DNA from: an uncultured Ruficoccus sp.
Lineage (GTDB): Bacteria > Verrucomicrobiota > Verrucomicrobiia > Opitutales > Cerasicoccaceae
Direction: 5' to 3'
NCBI GenBank assembly: GCA_965140785.1
Contig: OZ223481.1
Coordinates: 128,001-192,000 of the forward strand
Length of the DNA stretch: 64,000 nt
Part shown: positions 49,041-58,484 of the stretch, piece by piece
How positions within the stretch are numbered: the stretch's first letter is position 1
How the letters are laid out: each line of letters starts with the position of its first letter
Notes under the pieces: model-generated
What the model was told of the DNA's origin: nothing
Database searches by the model: none
Seen by the model: only the letters and a program-made list of their open reading frames with translations
Program-made: the position numbers and the translations under genes

Positions 49041-49445
49041 GATGAAAACGTCGGGACTGGGGCAATAACTAGTCGATAAGCAGCACTCCTTTCTCTTTCG
49101 AGGGGCGTAATACCCCGGATTGTTCCAGTAGGAGTACCCCACGCAGTAAATATTCCTTCCCAGAATATTGATTAATTTCCTCTCCTTCCCGCCCGGTTTA
49201 GCCCAGCTCATGCAGCAAACTGAAATACAGGCGTCAGCGCCCTGGATGCTGAACGTTAATCCGTTGCATCCCACGGTGAACGCCCCCGACCATTAACGCA
49301 GCCCTATTTCTGTATCAGTGACCCAAATAACACTCTCCTGCATCGTGGCCGGGAGAGGGCATAAGTATGGACTTCTCACGCGCAGCCCACATCATCACAT
49401 TTCTTCTTTCTCAGAAGCATTCCGAAACGCCTTTTGCTTTAGCCG

Positions 49446-50537
49446 ATGAGCAACAATTTTCACTTTCTAAAACTGGATGCCATCCGGGGATTTGCCGCAA
49501 TAATCGTATTATTATATCACTGTGTCGGGCAGCTTCAGATCGCCGGTATAAATATCGGTGCGGTCTTTCGATTCGGACAAGAAGGCGTCATTATCTTCTT
49601 CATTCTCTCTGGGTTTCTCATCGAATATACCACGAATCGAAGCGGGACCATCAAAGGAGGCGAGTATTTCACGAAACGCTTTTTGCGTATCTACCCGGTA
49701 CTGGTAATGGCCCTGGCCGCCATCTATGTCATCGAATGCATGACCGCCGGCCAGCTAGTTGCAATCCCTTGGCGGGATTTGGTCGGCACGGTGTTCATGC
49801 TGGACGATAACGCGTACAAACCGAACGCCTTTTGTGCTCCGGTCTGGGGGGACGGAGCGCTGTGGTCGTTAACGTATGAGGTCTGGTTCTATATTCTTTA
49901 TTTTCCCCTCATGCGTCTCATCCCCCAGCCCAAGCAAACGCATGTCGTCGGTTGCCTCGGGATCGCCGCCGCTCTCGCCAACTGCCTATGGCCGTCGCTA
50001 CCACTACGCATCCTCATTTATCTTCCGATTTGGTGGCTCGGGGTGGATATGGCGAGAAGCTATAGGGCCCGAACACTTTCCCTTTGGAGCATCAGGGCGA
50101 TTTTGACCTATCTCTCTGTGATCACTCTCATTTTCGTTCCGGCGGTTTTCCATCTCTATGTAAGCGGACATTTCTCCTTCACGAACCATCATGTGTACGT
50201 ATTCAGGCACCTGGCAGCCGGTCTGTGGCTGACCGGGGGTATTTTCGCCTGGCGCTATTTCAATTATATCGGTTTTTCGTTCACGGTTGGCCTTTTCAGC
50301 ATCGTCGCCCCTTTTTCATACGCCTTGTACATTCTCCACATGAAAACACTTATGGGCGCAGAATACTTAAGCTTCTTGCCTAATCCATACGTCGAGCTGA
50401 CGGCATACATTATGGTGACTTTTGGCCTGGCCTGGCTGATTGAATGCAAGGCCTATCCGGTGATTCGCCGGTATCTGTATCCAGTGATTTATCGCGCTTT
50501 CACCAAGAAAGAATGGAAGAGAGAACCCGCGGCCTGA
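49446..50537 (+). CDS. Acyltransferase family 3 (OafA-like)
   Basis: LDAIRGFAAIIVLLYH, GVIIFFILSGF, KRFLRIYP, WSLTYEVWFY and SYALYILH; AT-rich. Confidence 0.92.
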   Translation: MSNNFHFLKLDAIRGFAAIIVLLYHCVGQLQIAGINIGAVFRFGQEGVIIFFILSGFLIEYTTNRSGTIKGGEYFTKRFLRIYPVLVMALAAIYVIECMTAGQLVAIPWRDLVGTVFMLDDNAYKPNAFCAPVWGDGALWSLTYEVWFYILYFPLMRLIPQPKQTHVVGCLGIAAALANCLWPSLPLRILIYLPIWWLGVDMARSYRARTLSLWSIRAILTYLSVITLIFVPAVFHLYVSGHFSFTNHHVYVFRHLAAGLWLTGGIFAWRYFNYIGFSFTVGLFSIVAPFSYALYILHMKTLMGAEYLSFLPNPYVELTAYIMVTFGLAWLIECKAYPVIRRYLYPVIYRAFTKKEWKREPAA

Positions 50538-50706
50538 AGCCTGAACTCGAGTCAACCAAGAGGACTTACCCTCTGTTTCGCCCCTTTCGGTCCGGGGCAG
50601 AAATATGGAGAGACGACGGCTTGGGGTTGCATTTGTTTCGCGTACTCGACAAGCTGTCCGGTTTGTTCATGTTCGATCACCTCATTTCCAACACATTGAT
50701 TTTTTC

Positions 50707-52251
50707 ATGGCGCTGACCTCTTTTAAAAGTCAACTGCTGGCCGACGTCGGCATCAGCATGGGCGACGAAGGCAAGGGCCGCGTCGTTTACGAACTTATCG
50801 CCGAACTGAAGGAAAGCTCGAAGCTGGCCAAGCCCGTCGCCGCCGTCCTCAAGGTTAATGGCGGGGCCAACAGCGGCCACACCGCCGGCGGCCTCAAGCT
50901 AAACCTGCTCCCCGCCGGTGTAATCGATCCGGACATCGACCTGCTCGCCATCGGGATGGGCGTGGTGGCCGACCCGCGCAAGTTCTGGTGGGAGGCCAAG
51001 CCGCTCGAAACCGCTGGCTACGTCGTCGTCTCGCGCCTGGCCATCGACGAGCGCACCCAGGTCAGCGACCTGTGCCACCGCCTGCTCGACCTGGCCTGGG
51101 AGAGCTACCGCTCGAACATTCTGGGCGAGGACCCGCGCGGCTCGACCGGGCGCGGCATCACCCCCGCCTACCTCGATGAGGTCGGCCAGATGCAGATCGG
51201 CTATGCCGAGTTCGCGCGGGACCGCGACAGCTACGCCCGCAAGCTCGCCGCCCGCGCGGACCGCGCCCTGCGCACCATCCAGCACGTTTGCCAAGTCAGC
51301 GAACAGGATTTTAACCAGTTTTTCGAGACCCTGACCACAGCCGAGACCCGCGCCAACCAGTCCTCCATCGACGAGGGGATCTTCCCGGCCAGTGAATTCG
51401 ATTTCACCCGCTTCCGCGGCGACAAGCCCTTTACCCTCAACCTGCAGGCCCTGACCGAAGCCTATTGGGAGGCCGGGCAGGCACTGGCCGACCGCGTCAT
51501 GGACCTGCGCGAGCGCCTGCTGGCCGAGCTGCGCGACGGGCGCAGCATCATCGGCGAATTCGGCCAGTCCTACTGGCTGGACAAGCGGCACGGCTTCGCG
51601 CCCAACGTGACCGCCTCGCACACCTACTCGCCCGAGTTCTTCCAGTCCGCCGGGCTCCCGGTGCAGCCGGTCCACACCGTCGGCTGCTGCAAGGCCTACG
51701 ACACCAAAGTCGGCACCCACATTTTCCTCACCCAGTTCCCGGACAACCACCCGCTGGGCGAACGGCTCAAGCGGATCGAGTTCGGCACCAGCACGGGCCG
51801 CCAGCGCATGGTCGGCTGGTTCGACGCGGTGGAAAAGGGCGACGCCCTGCGCTTCGGCGGCTACGAAGATCTCGTGCTGAACAAGCTCGACGCCCTCACC
51901 GACGACTCCGGCGAGGCCGGCCAGCTCCGCGTCTGCACCCCACTACCGCGACGCCTCCGGCAAGACCTACTGCGAAGTCCCCCGCGACGACCGTGTGCGC
52001 CGCTCCCTGGAGCCGGTCTATGCCGAGCTGCCCACCTGGAGAGAAGACATTTCCGGCGTGCGCTCGTTCGCGCAGCTCCCCGCCGAGGCCCAGCACTACG
52101 TGGCCTTCTGTGTCAAAAGCCTGCTCGCCGTGGCCGAACGCAACGGCCACCGCCTCGAACAGCCCAACCTGCGCTACGTCGGCGTCGGCCGGATACCTCG
52201 CAGATCATCCGCGACGTCCCCGCCACCGCCGAGCTGATCAAGCTGGTTTAG
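50707..52251 (+). CDS. purA: Adenylosuccinate synthetase (compensated frameshift pair at ~51940 and ~52190)
   Basis: [42 protein letters not shown] and NKLDAL. The PVYAELPTW...LPAEAQHYV...YVGVG segment lies in the shifted frame. Confidence 0.92.
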   Translation: MALTSFKSQLLADVGISMGDEGKGRVVYELIAELKESSKLAKPVAAVLKVNGGANSGHTAGGLKLNLLPAGVIDPDIDLLAIGMGVVADPRKFWWEAKPLETAGYVVVSRLAIDERTQVSDLCHRLLDLAWESYRSNILGEDPRGSTGRGITPAYLDEVGQMQIGYAEFARDRDSYARKLAARADRALRTIQHVCQVSEQDFNQFFETLTTAETRANQSSIDEGIFPASEFDFTRFRGDKPFTLNLQALTEAYWEAGQALADRVMDLRERLLAELRDGRSIIGEFGQSYWLDKRHGFAPNVTASHTYSPEFFQSAGLPVQPVHTVGCCKAYDTKVGTHIFLTQFPDNHPLGERLKRIEFGTSTGRQRMVGWFDAVEKGDALRFGGYEDLVLNKLDALTDDSGEAGQLRVCTPLPRRLRQDLLRSPPRRPCAPLPGAGLCRAAHLERRHFRRALVRAAPRRGPALRGLLCQKPARRGRTQRPPPRTAQPALRRRRPDTSQIIRDVPATAELIKLV

Positions 52252-52261
52252 GCGGGGGAGT

Positions 52262-52388
52262 TGGGGGCTCCGCGCCCCCAAACCCCGCGGCAGGCACAGC
52301 CTGCACTTTCGATGCGACGCATCGCGTCAGCGTTTATTGAAAAGAGTGTCCCTCTTTTCAATAAACGCTGAGAAACATCAAAACTGGG
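52262..52388. repeat. Hairpin repeat family B (reverse orientation) carrying a nested perfect 20-bp inverted repeat
   Basis: Reverse complement reads CCCAGTTTTGATG...CATCGAAAGTGCAGGCT...CCTGCCGCGGGG..TGGGGGCGCGGAGCCCCCA; nested IR at 52327-52371. Confidence 0.85.
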
Positions 52389-52505
52389 CGCCACCATCAG
52401 GCAGGCTGCATCCGGTATCGACTTCTAAACGGAGTAGCTGGACAGCTGTGTCCAAAAGGCGGCAAGCGCCCGCCGCTTTGAAGGCTCCCAGATTAGTAGC
52501 GGTCG

Positions 52506-53315
52506 CTACGCCTTAAACTCCCCGCCGGCGGCGGCTAGTTGCTCGGCCTCGGGCTGGTCCATGAGGGCGGTGTGTTCCTCGCAGTAGCCGCGTCCGTCCT
52601 TGTAGTAGAACTGGTCGTCGGGCTTGGTCTTGTCCGTCGCCCCGCAGATGCAGCAGCGGTGGAAAGGCTTGTCGGCCTCGGCCTTCTGCTTGGCTTCGAA
52701 GGTCTGGCGGCGCTTGACGGCCTTGCCGCGCCGGAGCATATCCCGCCCGAAGAAGAGGAAGAAATTCGCCGTAGCCGCGAGAATCATCAGGCGGGTGGAG
52801 GCCGTGCCGGTCAGAAACTGAAAGGCGTACAGGCCCCAAGTGAAAGCGGCCAGCCACTTGACCTTCACCGGCAGGATGAAAAAGAGCAGGAACTCGAAGT
52901 TCGGGTAGAGGTAGGCGAAGGCGAGAAAGACCGACCCGGCGAGGAAGGCATTGCTCGTTTCCTGGCCTGGGGCCGCGAAGGAGGCGGCCACGGTGGCCAG
53001 CGTCCCAACCAGGATAAACAAGTTGTAGCGGAATTCGCCCCAGGTCTGCTCTAGCGCCCGGCCCAGCATGAAAAACACGTACCAGGCGATGACCATGAAC
53101 AGCAGGCCCATGGCCGGGGGCATGAACAGAAAAGTCACCACCCGCCAGACTTCGCCTTGCAGGACCCGCGCGGGAACCAACGTCAGGCGCTCGACAGGAA
53201 AAACCTGCGACAGAGCGAGCCCGAAAACCGCCACCTGCCCCATGATGAGCCAGAGGGTCAGGTTCTTGATGGCCAGGCCGCCGAAGCGCCGTTCCAACCT
53301 GTCCAGTAGGGTCAT
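52506..53315 (-). CDS. Rhomboid/Derlin-like membrane protein with a C-terminal Cys/His finger
   Basis: GEVWRVVTFLF, LGRALEQTWG and FFILPVKVKW; C-terminal CCICG...YCEEH; no GxSG motif. Confidence 0.65.
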   Translation of the reverse strand: MTLLDRLERRFGGLAIKNLTLWLIMGQVAVFGLALSQVFPVERLTLVPARVLQGEVWRVVTFLFMPPAMGLLFMVIAWYVFFMLGRALEQTWGEFRYNLFILVGTLATVAASFAAPGQETSNAFLAGSVFLAFAYLYPNFEFLLFFILPVKVKWLAAFTWGLYAFQFLTGTASTRLMILAATANFFLFFGRDMLRRGKAVKRRQTFEAKQKAEADKPFHRCCICGATDKTKPDDQFYYKDGRGYCEEHTALMDQPEAEQLAAAGGEFKA

Positions 53316-53332
53316 GGGTTCTCGATCTCCTT

Positions 53333-53360
53333 AAAAAAAACTCAGCGCGCGGCTGAAAAA
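53333..53360 (-). terminator. Intrinsic terminator after the Pfk homologue
   Basis: Minus strand TCAGC-CGCGC-GCTGA-G followed by T8. Confidence 0.55.
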
Positions 53361-53436
53361 TCCGCCCGCCTCCGCGCCCGGATGGACGCGGAGACTGCGG
53401 CGGCGAAAGTGTGCACGGGAAGACCCGCGCCGGCGC

Positions 53437-54696
53437 TTAGGCCACGGTGTAGGCTTCCAGGCGCTTGTCCACCCGGTTGGCCACGAGTGAGACGAACTGC
53501 GGGATGCCGTTGTCGAACGGTACGGCCACTTCGCCCACAGTCAGCGGGCTGGCGTACTTGAAGTACTGGTAGCTAATGCTGATACCGTCTTCGTTGATCC
53601 AGTTGGCGGGGAAGGCCTTGCTGCTGTCGGCAATCTCGGCCAGGGAGGCCAGGCCGGTTTCGCAGCTGTAGGTGTCCGTATCGCCACGGGAAAGAGTGAC
53701 CATCTTGCCGGTTTCGCCTTCGGCGGCGGCGGCGACGGCGGCCTGGCCGCAGAGGAAGGCCTCGTTGGAGTCGGTCAGGGAAGCCGAGCGGGCGGCACAG
53801 CGCTGGGTGGCGCCGAGCACAGAGCACTGGACCTTGACCGCGAGGTGCTGCTCCACCAACTGGCGCAGGAAGAGGGCCGGGGTGCTGATGTTCGGCAGGG
53901 AAGCCATCTCAGCCGGGATGGAGGTGGCCAGGTAATTGCCGTCGGTGTCCACGAGCCCCTCGCCCACCACGATCTGGCAGTAGGTGTGGGTCTTGAGGAC
54001 GTTGCGCACGTGCTCCACGAAGTTGTCCGCGTCGAAGGCCACCTCGGGCATCAGGATGAGGTGGGGCGGGTCGTTGGGCTCGTTGCGGCGCTTGGCCAGC
54101 GAGGAAGCCGCTGCCAGCCAGCCGGCGTGGCCGCCGCCGACCTCGAGGATCGAAACCAGGTCGTGGTTGCCCTGGCAGGAGGCGTCGATGGCCAGTTCCT
54201 TAACCGTGGCGGCGATCTTCTTGACCGCGCTGCCGTAGCCGGGGCAGTGGTCGGTGAGGGAAAGCTCGTTCGTGAGGGACTTGGGCAGGCCGATGACGCG
54301 CAGGCTGGAGCCCTTGGACTCGGCAAGTTCATTCAGGCGGGCACCGGCTTCCAGGGTTTCGCGGTCACCGATGAGCAGGAAAAAACAGATGTTGTGGGCT
54401 TCGAGCACGGACAGGATCCGCTCGTGCTCCTCGGGGCGACGGACAGCGCCACGGCTGACGCCGAGGGCAGCACCCGGGGTGACACGCAGGCCGCGGATGA
54501 CCTGTTGGGACTCCTCGGCCAAGTCGATGATCTCCTCGTTCATAAGGCCGCGGAGACCGTTGAGCCCGCCGTAGATTTCCTCGATGCAGCCGTGGTTAAG
54601 CGCTTCGGTGACGGCGCCCGCGAGGGTGGAATTTACAGTGGGGGTCGGCTCGCCGTCCTGGACGATCAAAATGTTTCCGGTGAGTTCTTCGGACAT
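53437..54696 (-). CDS. PfkA/PPi-PFK family protein with a degenerate active site
   Basis: EIYGGLNGLRG, TPGAALG, TDHCPGYGSA, HAGWLAAA and PHLILMPE identify the family; the catalytic motifs are altered. Confidence 0.85.
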   Translation of the reverse strand: MSEELTGNILIVQDGEPTPTVNSTLAGAVTEALNHGCIEEIYGGLNGLRGLMNEEIIDLAEESQQVIRGLRVTPGAALGVSRGAVRRPEEHERILSVLEAHNICFFLLIGDRETLEAGARLNELAESKGSSLRVIGLPKSLTNELSLTDHCPGYGSAVKKIAATVKELAIDASCQGNHDLVSILEVGGGHAGWLAAASSLAKRRNEPNDPPHLILMPEVAFDADNFVEHVRNVLKTHTYCQIVVGEGLVDTDGNYLATSIPAEMASLPNISTPALFLRQLVEQHLAVKVQCSVLGATQRCAARSASLTDSNEAFLCGQAAVAAAAEGETGKMVTLSRGDTDTYSCETGLASLAEIADSSKAFPANWINEDGISISYQYFKYASPLTVGEVAVPFDNGIPQFVSLVANRVDKRLEAYTVA

Positions 54697-54794
54697 GTCT
54701 GTCTGGTGGTTTGGATGATTAAAAGAGTGCCACATTTGAGCATGGCCAATGGGCTTGGCAACGAAAAACGCGCCGGAGGGACCATCCGGCCACT

Positions 54795-56420
54795 TCAGGC
54801 TTCCAACTTATTGCTGACGGGACCGGGGGTGGCGTGTTCCAGCGAGCGGGCGAGGGAGTTGAGCAGCCAGATCAGGCGCTCGACCCCGGCCACGAGCTGG
54901 AGCAGCTCGGCCTGCTCCCGGGGAGGAGCCTGGGTGGTCGTCTCCACAAACCCCTGACGCAGGCGCGAAAGGGTCTCGCTGCCATCCCCGGTGATGAGCT
55001 GGGCCAGCGCGATGTCGTCGGAATCGCCGGAGGCGACCGCGTCGAACACGGTCAGCGCCGCCGCCTCGAAACCCTCGTAGAGCCGTCCGCCGCTGGTATC
55101 GCGGTGGCGGGCAAGCTCCTTGGCTCGGGGGATGCTTTTATAAAATTCCGTTTCGAGCGCGGCATAAATGTCGAGCCGCTCGTTTAACATACCGACCCGG
55201 TGCACCGTTCCTGTCGCAAGCGACTGGTGCACAAGTAGATCCAAATAACCGTGAATGGCCTCATGCAGGGCGCGGGTGCTGTCGTGGATGCGCCGGGCCT
55301 CCTCCGGGAGGAAGTTCGAGTGCGGGTCGAGCCGCAGGTAGCGGGTGAGCTGCTCGCCGAGGCGGGCCTGCTCCATCTCGATCAGGTCGAGGCAGGTTTC
55401 CGGCTGGGCCTCGCAGCGCGGGTAGAGGTACTTGGGACGGCTCGCGTCCTCGTCCACCGGCGGCGGGTAGAGGCGGTTCAACCACTGGGAGAGCGACCCT
55501 TCCAGCGGCATGATGACGAGCGTCGTCAGCACGCAGTAGAGGAGATTGGCCACCGCCATCTCGGTCGAGAGCGAGGTCGAAAGCTTTTCCAGCAAAGCGG
55601 CCACCAGCGGCACCCCACCCCACACCTCGACGAAAAACAGCGGCACCAGAATGGCCGTCCCGATCCACCCGTAATAGACCTGAAACATGGCCATCTGCTT
55701 CGGCGTGCCCTTGAGCCGGAGTGTCAGCAGGTGCGTGATCAGGCTCGCCCCGAGGTTGACCCCGTAGATGGCCATGAGCGCCTCCAGCCGCCCCATCAGC
55801 CCGGCCTGGGCCAGCACGATGGTGACGAGGATGACGGCGTTGCCGGACTGGGCCACCACCGTCAGCAGGCACCCGGCGATGAACACCAGCAGGTACTGCC
55901 CGGCGGTCGCCTCCATGATGTGGCGGAACCAGACAAAGTTCTGAAAATCCTCCCCATAATCCTGCAGCGTGAACAGCCCGGTAAAGAGCAGTCCCATGCC
56001 GAAGAGAAAGCCCAGCATGTCCCGCCCCCGGCGCGGCACCTGAAAGGCGTAGAGGATGCCCGCGATTCCCACCAGGTACGCGATGAAGAGATTCAGCGGC
56101 AGCACCAGGAAGAAAATCAGCAGACAGGTGCCGGGGTTGGACCAGTTGAGCAGCGAGATCGCCCGCTGGCGCTTCATCAGGCCGCTGGAGACGACGCTGA
56201 TGGTCAGAAAGGTGATGGCGGCGGCGGTCTGGGTAATGGCCCCGATCCAGAACCCCCACCAGGCCGCGCGCCAGCGGGTCGAGGTCAGCCGCAGAAATAT
56301 CCCGTGCAGGCGGTGCCCGGTCAGCCGCTTCAGGTGCTGGTCGATGATCTGGATGCCAACGAAGAACAGCCCCAGCCCGGCCAGAATATATCCGATGATG
56401 AAAAAGAGCCCCTCTTGCAC
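54795..56420 (-). CDS. Na/Pi cotransporter family protein with a C-terminal PhoU-like region
   Basis: LAGLGLFFVG, GAITQTAAA, VAQSGNA and IYGVNLGAS; multi-TM followed by a helical tail. Confidence 0.85.
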   Translation of the reverse strand: MQEGLFFIIGYILAGLGLFFVGIQIIDQHLKRLTGHRLHGIFLRLTSTRWRAAWWGFWIGAITQTAAAITFLTISVVSSGLMKRQRAISLLNWSNPGTCLLIFFLVLPLNLFIAYLVGIAGILYAFQVPRRGRDMLGFLFGMGLLFTGLFTLQDYGEDFQNFVWFRHIMEATAGQYLLVFIAGCLLTVVAQSGNAVILVTIVLAQAGLMGRLEALMAIYGVNLGASLITHLLTLRLKGTPKQMAMFQVYYGWIGTAILVPLFFVEVWGGVPLVAALLEKLSTSLSTEMAVANLLYCVLTTLVIMPLEGSLSQWLNRLYPPPVDEDASRPKYLYPRCEAQPETCLDLIEMEQARLGEQLTRYLRLDPHSNFLPEEARRIHDSTRALHEAIHGYLDLLVHQSLATGTVHRVGMLNERLDIYAALETEFYKSIPRAKELARHRDTSGGRLYEGFEAAALTVFDAVASGDSDDIALAQLITGDGSETLSRLRQGFVETTTQAPPREQAELLQLVAGVERLIWLLNSLARSLEHATPGPVSNKLEA

Positions 56421-56565
56421 GTGTGGACTAGATACCTAGGAGCTTTTCCCGAAAACACAAGCCGCACATCGCCCTGCCCTGTTCCGGGGCAGGCACACCA
56501 AGCCGTCAGGACACGAGGTCCAGACGACGGGTCCAGGCGGACTCGGATCAAACGCCGGGCGTTTG

Positions 56566-56745
56566 CTAGAAGCCGACCGCCACGACAATGAAGAGAAACA
56601 GCAAGGCCAACCCGGCCAGCATGCCGACCAGAACCAGCTTATCCTTGCCGGAAGGCTTGGGATAATCGTTGTAATCCTCCTGCTCGTAAGCAGTGGGGCC
56701 GTTCGGAGTCGGGATTTCCTTCGGCTTGACGGTTTCGTCGCTCAT
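56566..56745 (-). CDS. Small tail-anchored membrane protein (59 aa, not in the ORF track)
   Basis: MSDETVKPKEIPTPNGPTAYEQEDYNDYPKPSGKDKLVLVGMLAGLALLFLFIVVAVGF*; same strand as its neighbours, AAGGA just upstream, single C-terminal TM. Confidence 0.72.
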   Translation of the reverse strand: MSDETVKPKEIPTPNGPTAYEQEDYNDYPKPSGKDKLVLVGMLAGLALLFLFIVVAVGF

Positions 56746-56865
56746 ACAGGGATCCTTGAGTTGGGGTTACTTCATAAATAAAACTTATCCCGCCGTTAAA
56801 CTCAACCCGAAAGCGTGGGAAATACTGGGAACCGTCCGATGATAGCCTTAAATTAACCCTGCCGG

Positions 56866-56929
56866 GGGGTAGGAGCCTTGTTGGCTCCGTAGGGGCACAG
56901 CCCCTCCTTGCCGGCGGATGCAACCCGCC
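56866..56929. repeat. Triple-hairpin REP-like repeat, family A copy 2 (immediately 3' of purB)
   Basis: Colinear with 10966-11028; contains two GTAG-headed hairpins. Confidence 0.85.
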
Positions 56930-58354
56930 TTAGAGAATCTCTTCCGGCACGTACTCGGCGGCGGCGGAGTAAAGCTCGGCGATGGGGACGACCTTTTCCG
57001 CGAAGCGGCCGACCTGCCGGACGGCGGCGCCGGTTTCCTCCTTGGCCTTCTCGATCAGGGCGGCGATGTGTTCGGCGCTGAGCTTGAGGCGACCGTCCGC
57101 GCCCAGGCGTTCGACGAGGTTGTTCTCGGAAATCTTACCCGTACGCAGGTCGCGGACGGTGCCCAGGGCGTGTTCCTTGATTGCCTCGTGCGCCTCCTCG
57201 CGCCCCACCCCGGCCTTGACCGCCTCCATGAGGATGGCCGTGGTCGAGAGGAAGGGCAGGTAGTGGGCGTTTTCCTTGGCCGTCATTTCCGGGTAAACCT
57301 CCATCTGGCGCAGCACGGTGAGGAAGGTCTCCAGCAGCCCGTCGAGGGCGAAGAAAGCGTCCGGCAGAACCACGCGGCGCACGACCGAACAGGAGACATC
57401 GCCCTCGTTCCACTGGTCCCCGCCCAGCTCGGCGGCCATGGTGACGTGGCCGCGCAGGATGTGGTGGAAGCCGTTGATGCGCTCGCAACTGCGGGAGTTC
57501 ATCTTGTGGGGCATGGCGGAGGAGCCGGTCTGGCCCTTGGCAAAGCCCTCCGAGGCCAGCTCGTGTCCGGCCATCAGGCGCAGGGTCTTGGCCAGGGAAG
57601 CGGGGCCGCAGGCGAGCTGGTAGAGCGCGCTCACCACCTCGAAGTCGAGGCTGCGCGGGTACACCTGCCCCACGCACTCCAGGGAGGCGGGCAGGCCGAG
57701 GTGCTCGCTCACGCGCTGGTCGAGCTGGGCAGCCTTGGCATCGTCGCCGTCGAAGAGCCGGAGCTGGTCGGTCTGGGTGCCGACCGCGCCCTTGAGCCCG
57801 CGCGAGGGGTAGGACTTCATTAAAGCATCGAGCCGGTTGAAGGCGATGAGCAGGTCCTCGCCGAACATGACCAGGCGCTTGCCAAAGGTCGTCAACTGCG
57901 CCGCCACATTGTGCGTGCGGGCGGTGATGGGCAGCTCTTTGGTCTCGTCGGCCTTTTTGCTCAGGGCGATGAGGGCGGCGGCCACTTTTTCGCGCACCAG
58001 CCCGAGTGCGCGGTAAACCTGGAGCTGCTCGACATTCTCGGTCAGGTCGCGGCTGGTCATGCCCTTGTGGAGCTGCTGGTGTCCGGCCAGGTCGCAGAAC
58101 TCTTCCAGGCGGGCCTTGACGTCGTGGCGGGTGATCTTCTCGCGGCGCTTGATCGACTCGAGATCGACCTGATCGCGAACGCCCTCGTAGGCTTCGACGA
58201 CCCCGTCGGGCACGCCCAGTCCAAGGTCGGCCTGCGCCTTGAGCACGGCGATCCAGAATTCACGCTCCAGCACAATACGGCCGCCGGGCGACCAGATTTT
58301 CTTCATCGGCTCGCTGGCGTAGCGATCGGCCAGCACATTGGGGATACTCTCCAT
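56930..58354 (-). CDS. purB: Adenylosuccinate lyase
   Basis: RYAS, TRHDVKA, HKGMTSRD, RTHNVAAQLTTFGKR, KGAVGT and GSSAMPHKMN. Confidence 0.96.
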   Translation of the reverse strand: MESIPNVLADRYASEPMKKIWSPGGRIVLEREFWIAVLKAQADLGLGVPDGVVEAYEGVRDQVDLESIKRREKITRHDVKARLEEFCDLAGHQQLHKGMTSRDLTENVEQLQVYRALGLVREKVAAALIALSKKADETKELPITARTHNVAAQLTTFGKRLVMFGEDLLIAFNRLDALMKSYPSRGLKGAVGTQTDQLRLFDGDDAKAAQLDQRVSEHLGLPASLECVGQVYPRSLDFEVVSALYQLACGPASLAKTLRLMAGHELASEGFAKGQTGSSAMPHKMNSRSCERINGFHHILRGHVTMAAELGGDQWNEGDVSCSVVRRVVLPDAFFALDGLLETFLTVLRQMEVYPEMTAKENAHYLPFLSTTAILMEAVKAGVGREEAHEAIKEHALGTVRDLRTGKISENNLVERLGADGRLKLSAEHIAALIEKAKEETGAAVRQVGRFAEKVVPIAELYSAAAEYVPEEIL

Positions 58355-58484
58355 CCCCAACGATAAAAAGAGGATTCGCCCGGATTGCACGGATATTTCT
58401 CATTCTCTTCGGATTGGGAAGCGGTTGAGAAAAACCTTTTGCCCCGCTTGCATAAAACACGTGTTGGGGGCACATTATGGTGCG

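Noticed and set aside
50540..50706. Possible purine or ZTP riboswitch before purA (also checked before guaB and purB)
   Set aside because: Only generic hairpins; no recognisable consensus.
56563..56781. Plus-strand 72-aa ORF
   Set aside because: It has a TTG start and is antisense to a more convincing 59-aa minus-strand ORF.
58375..58400. CCCGGATTGCACGGAT, resembling half of a palindromic repeat
   Set aside because: No partner arm or second copy in the window.
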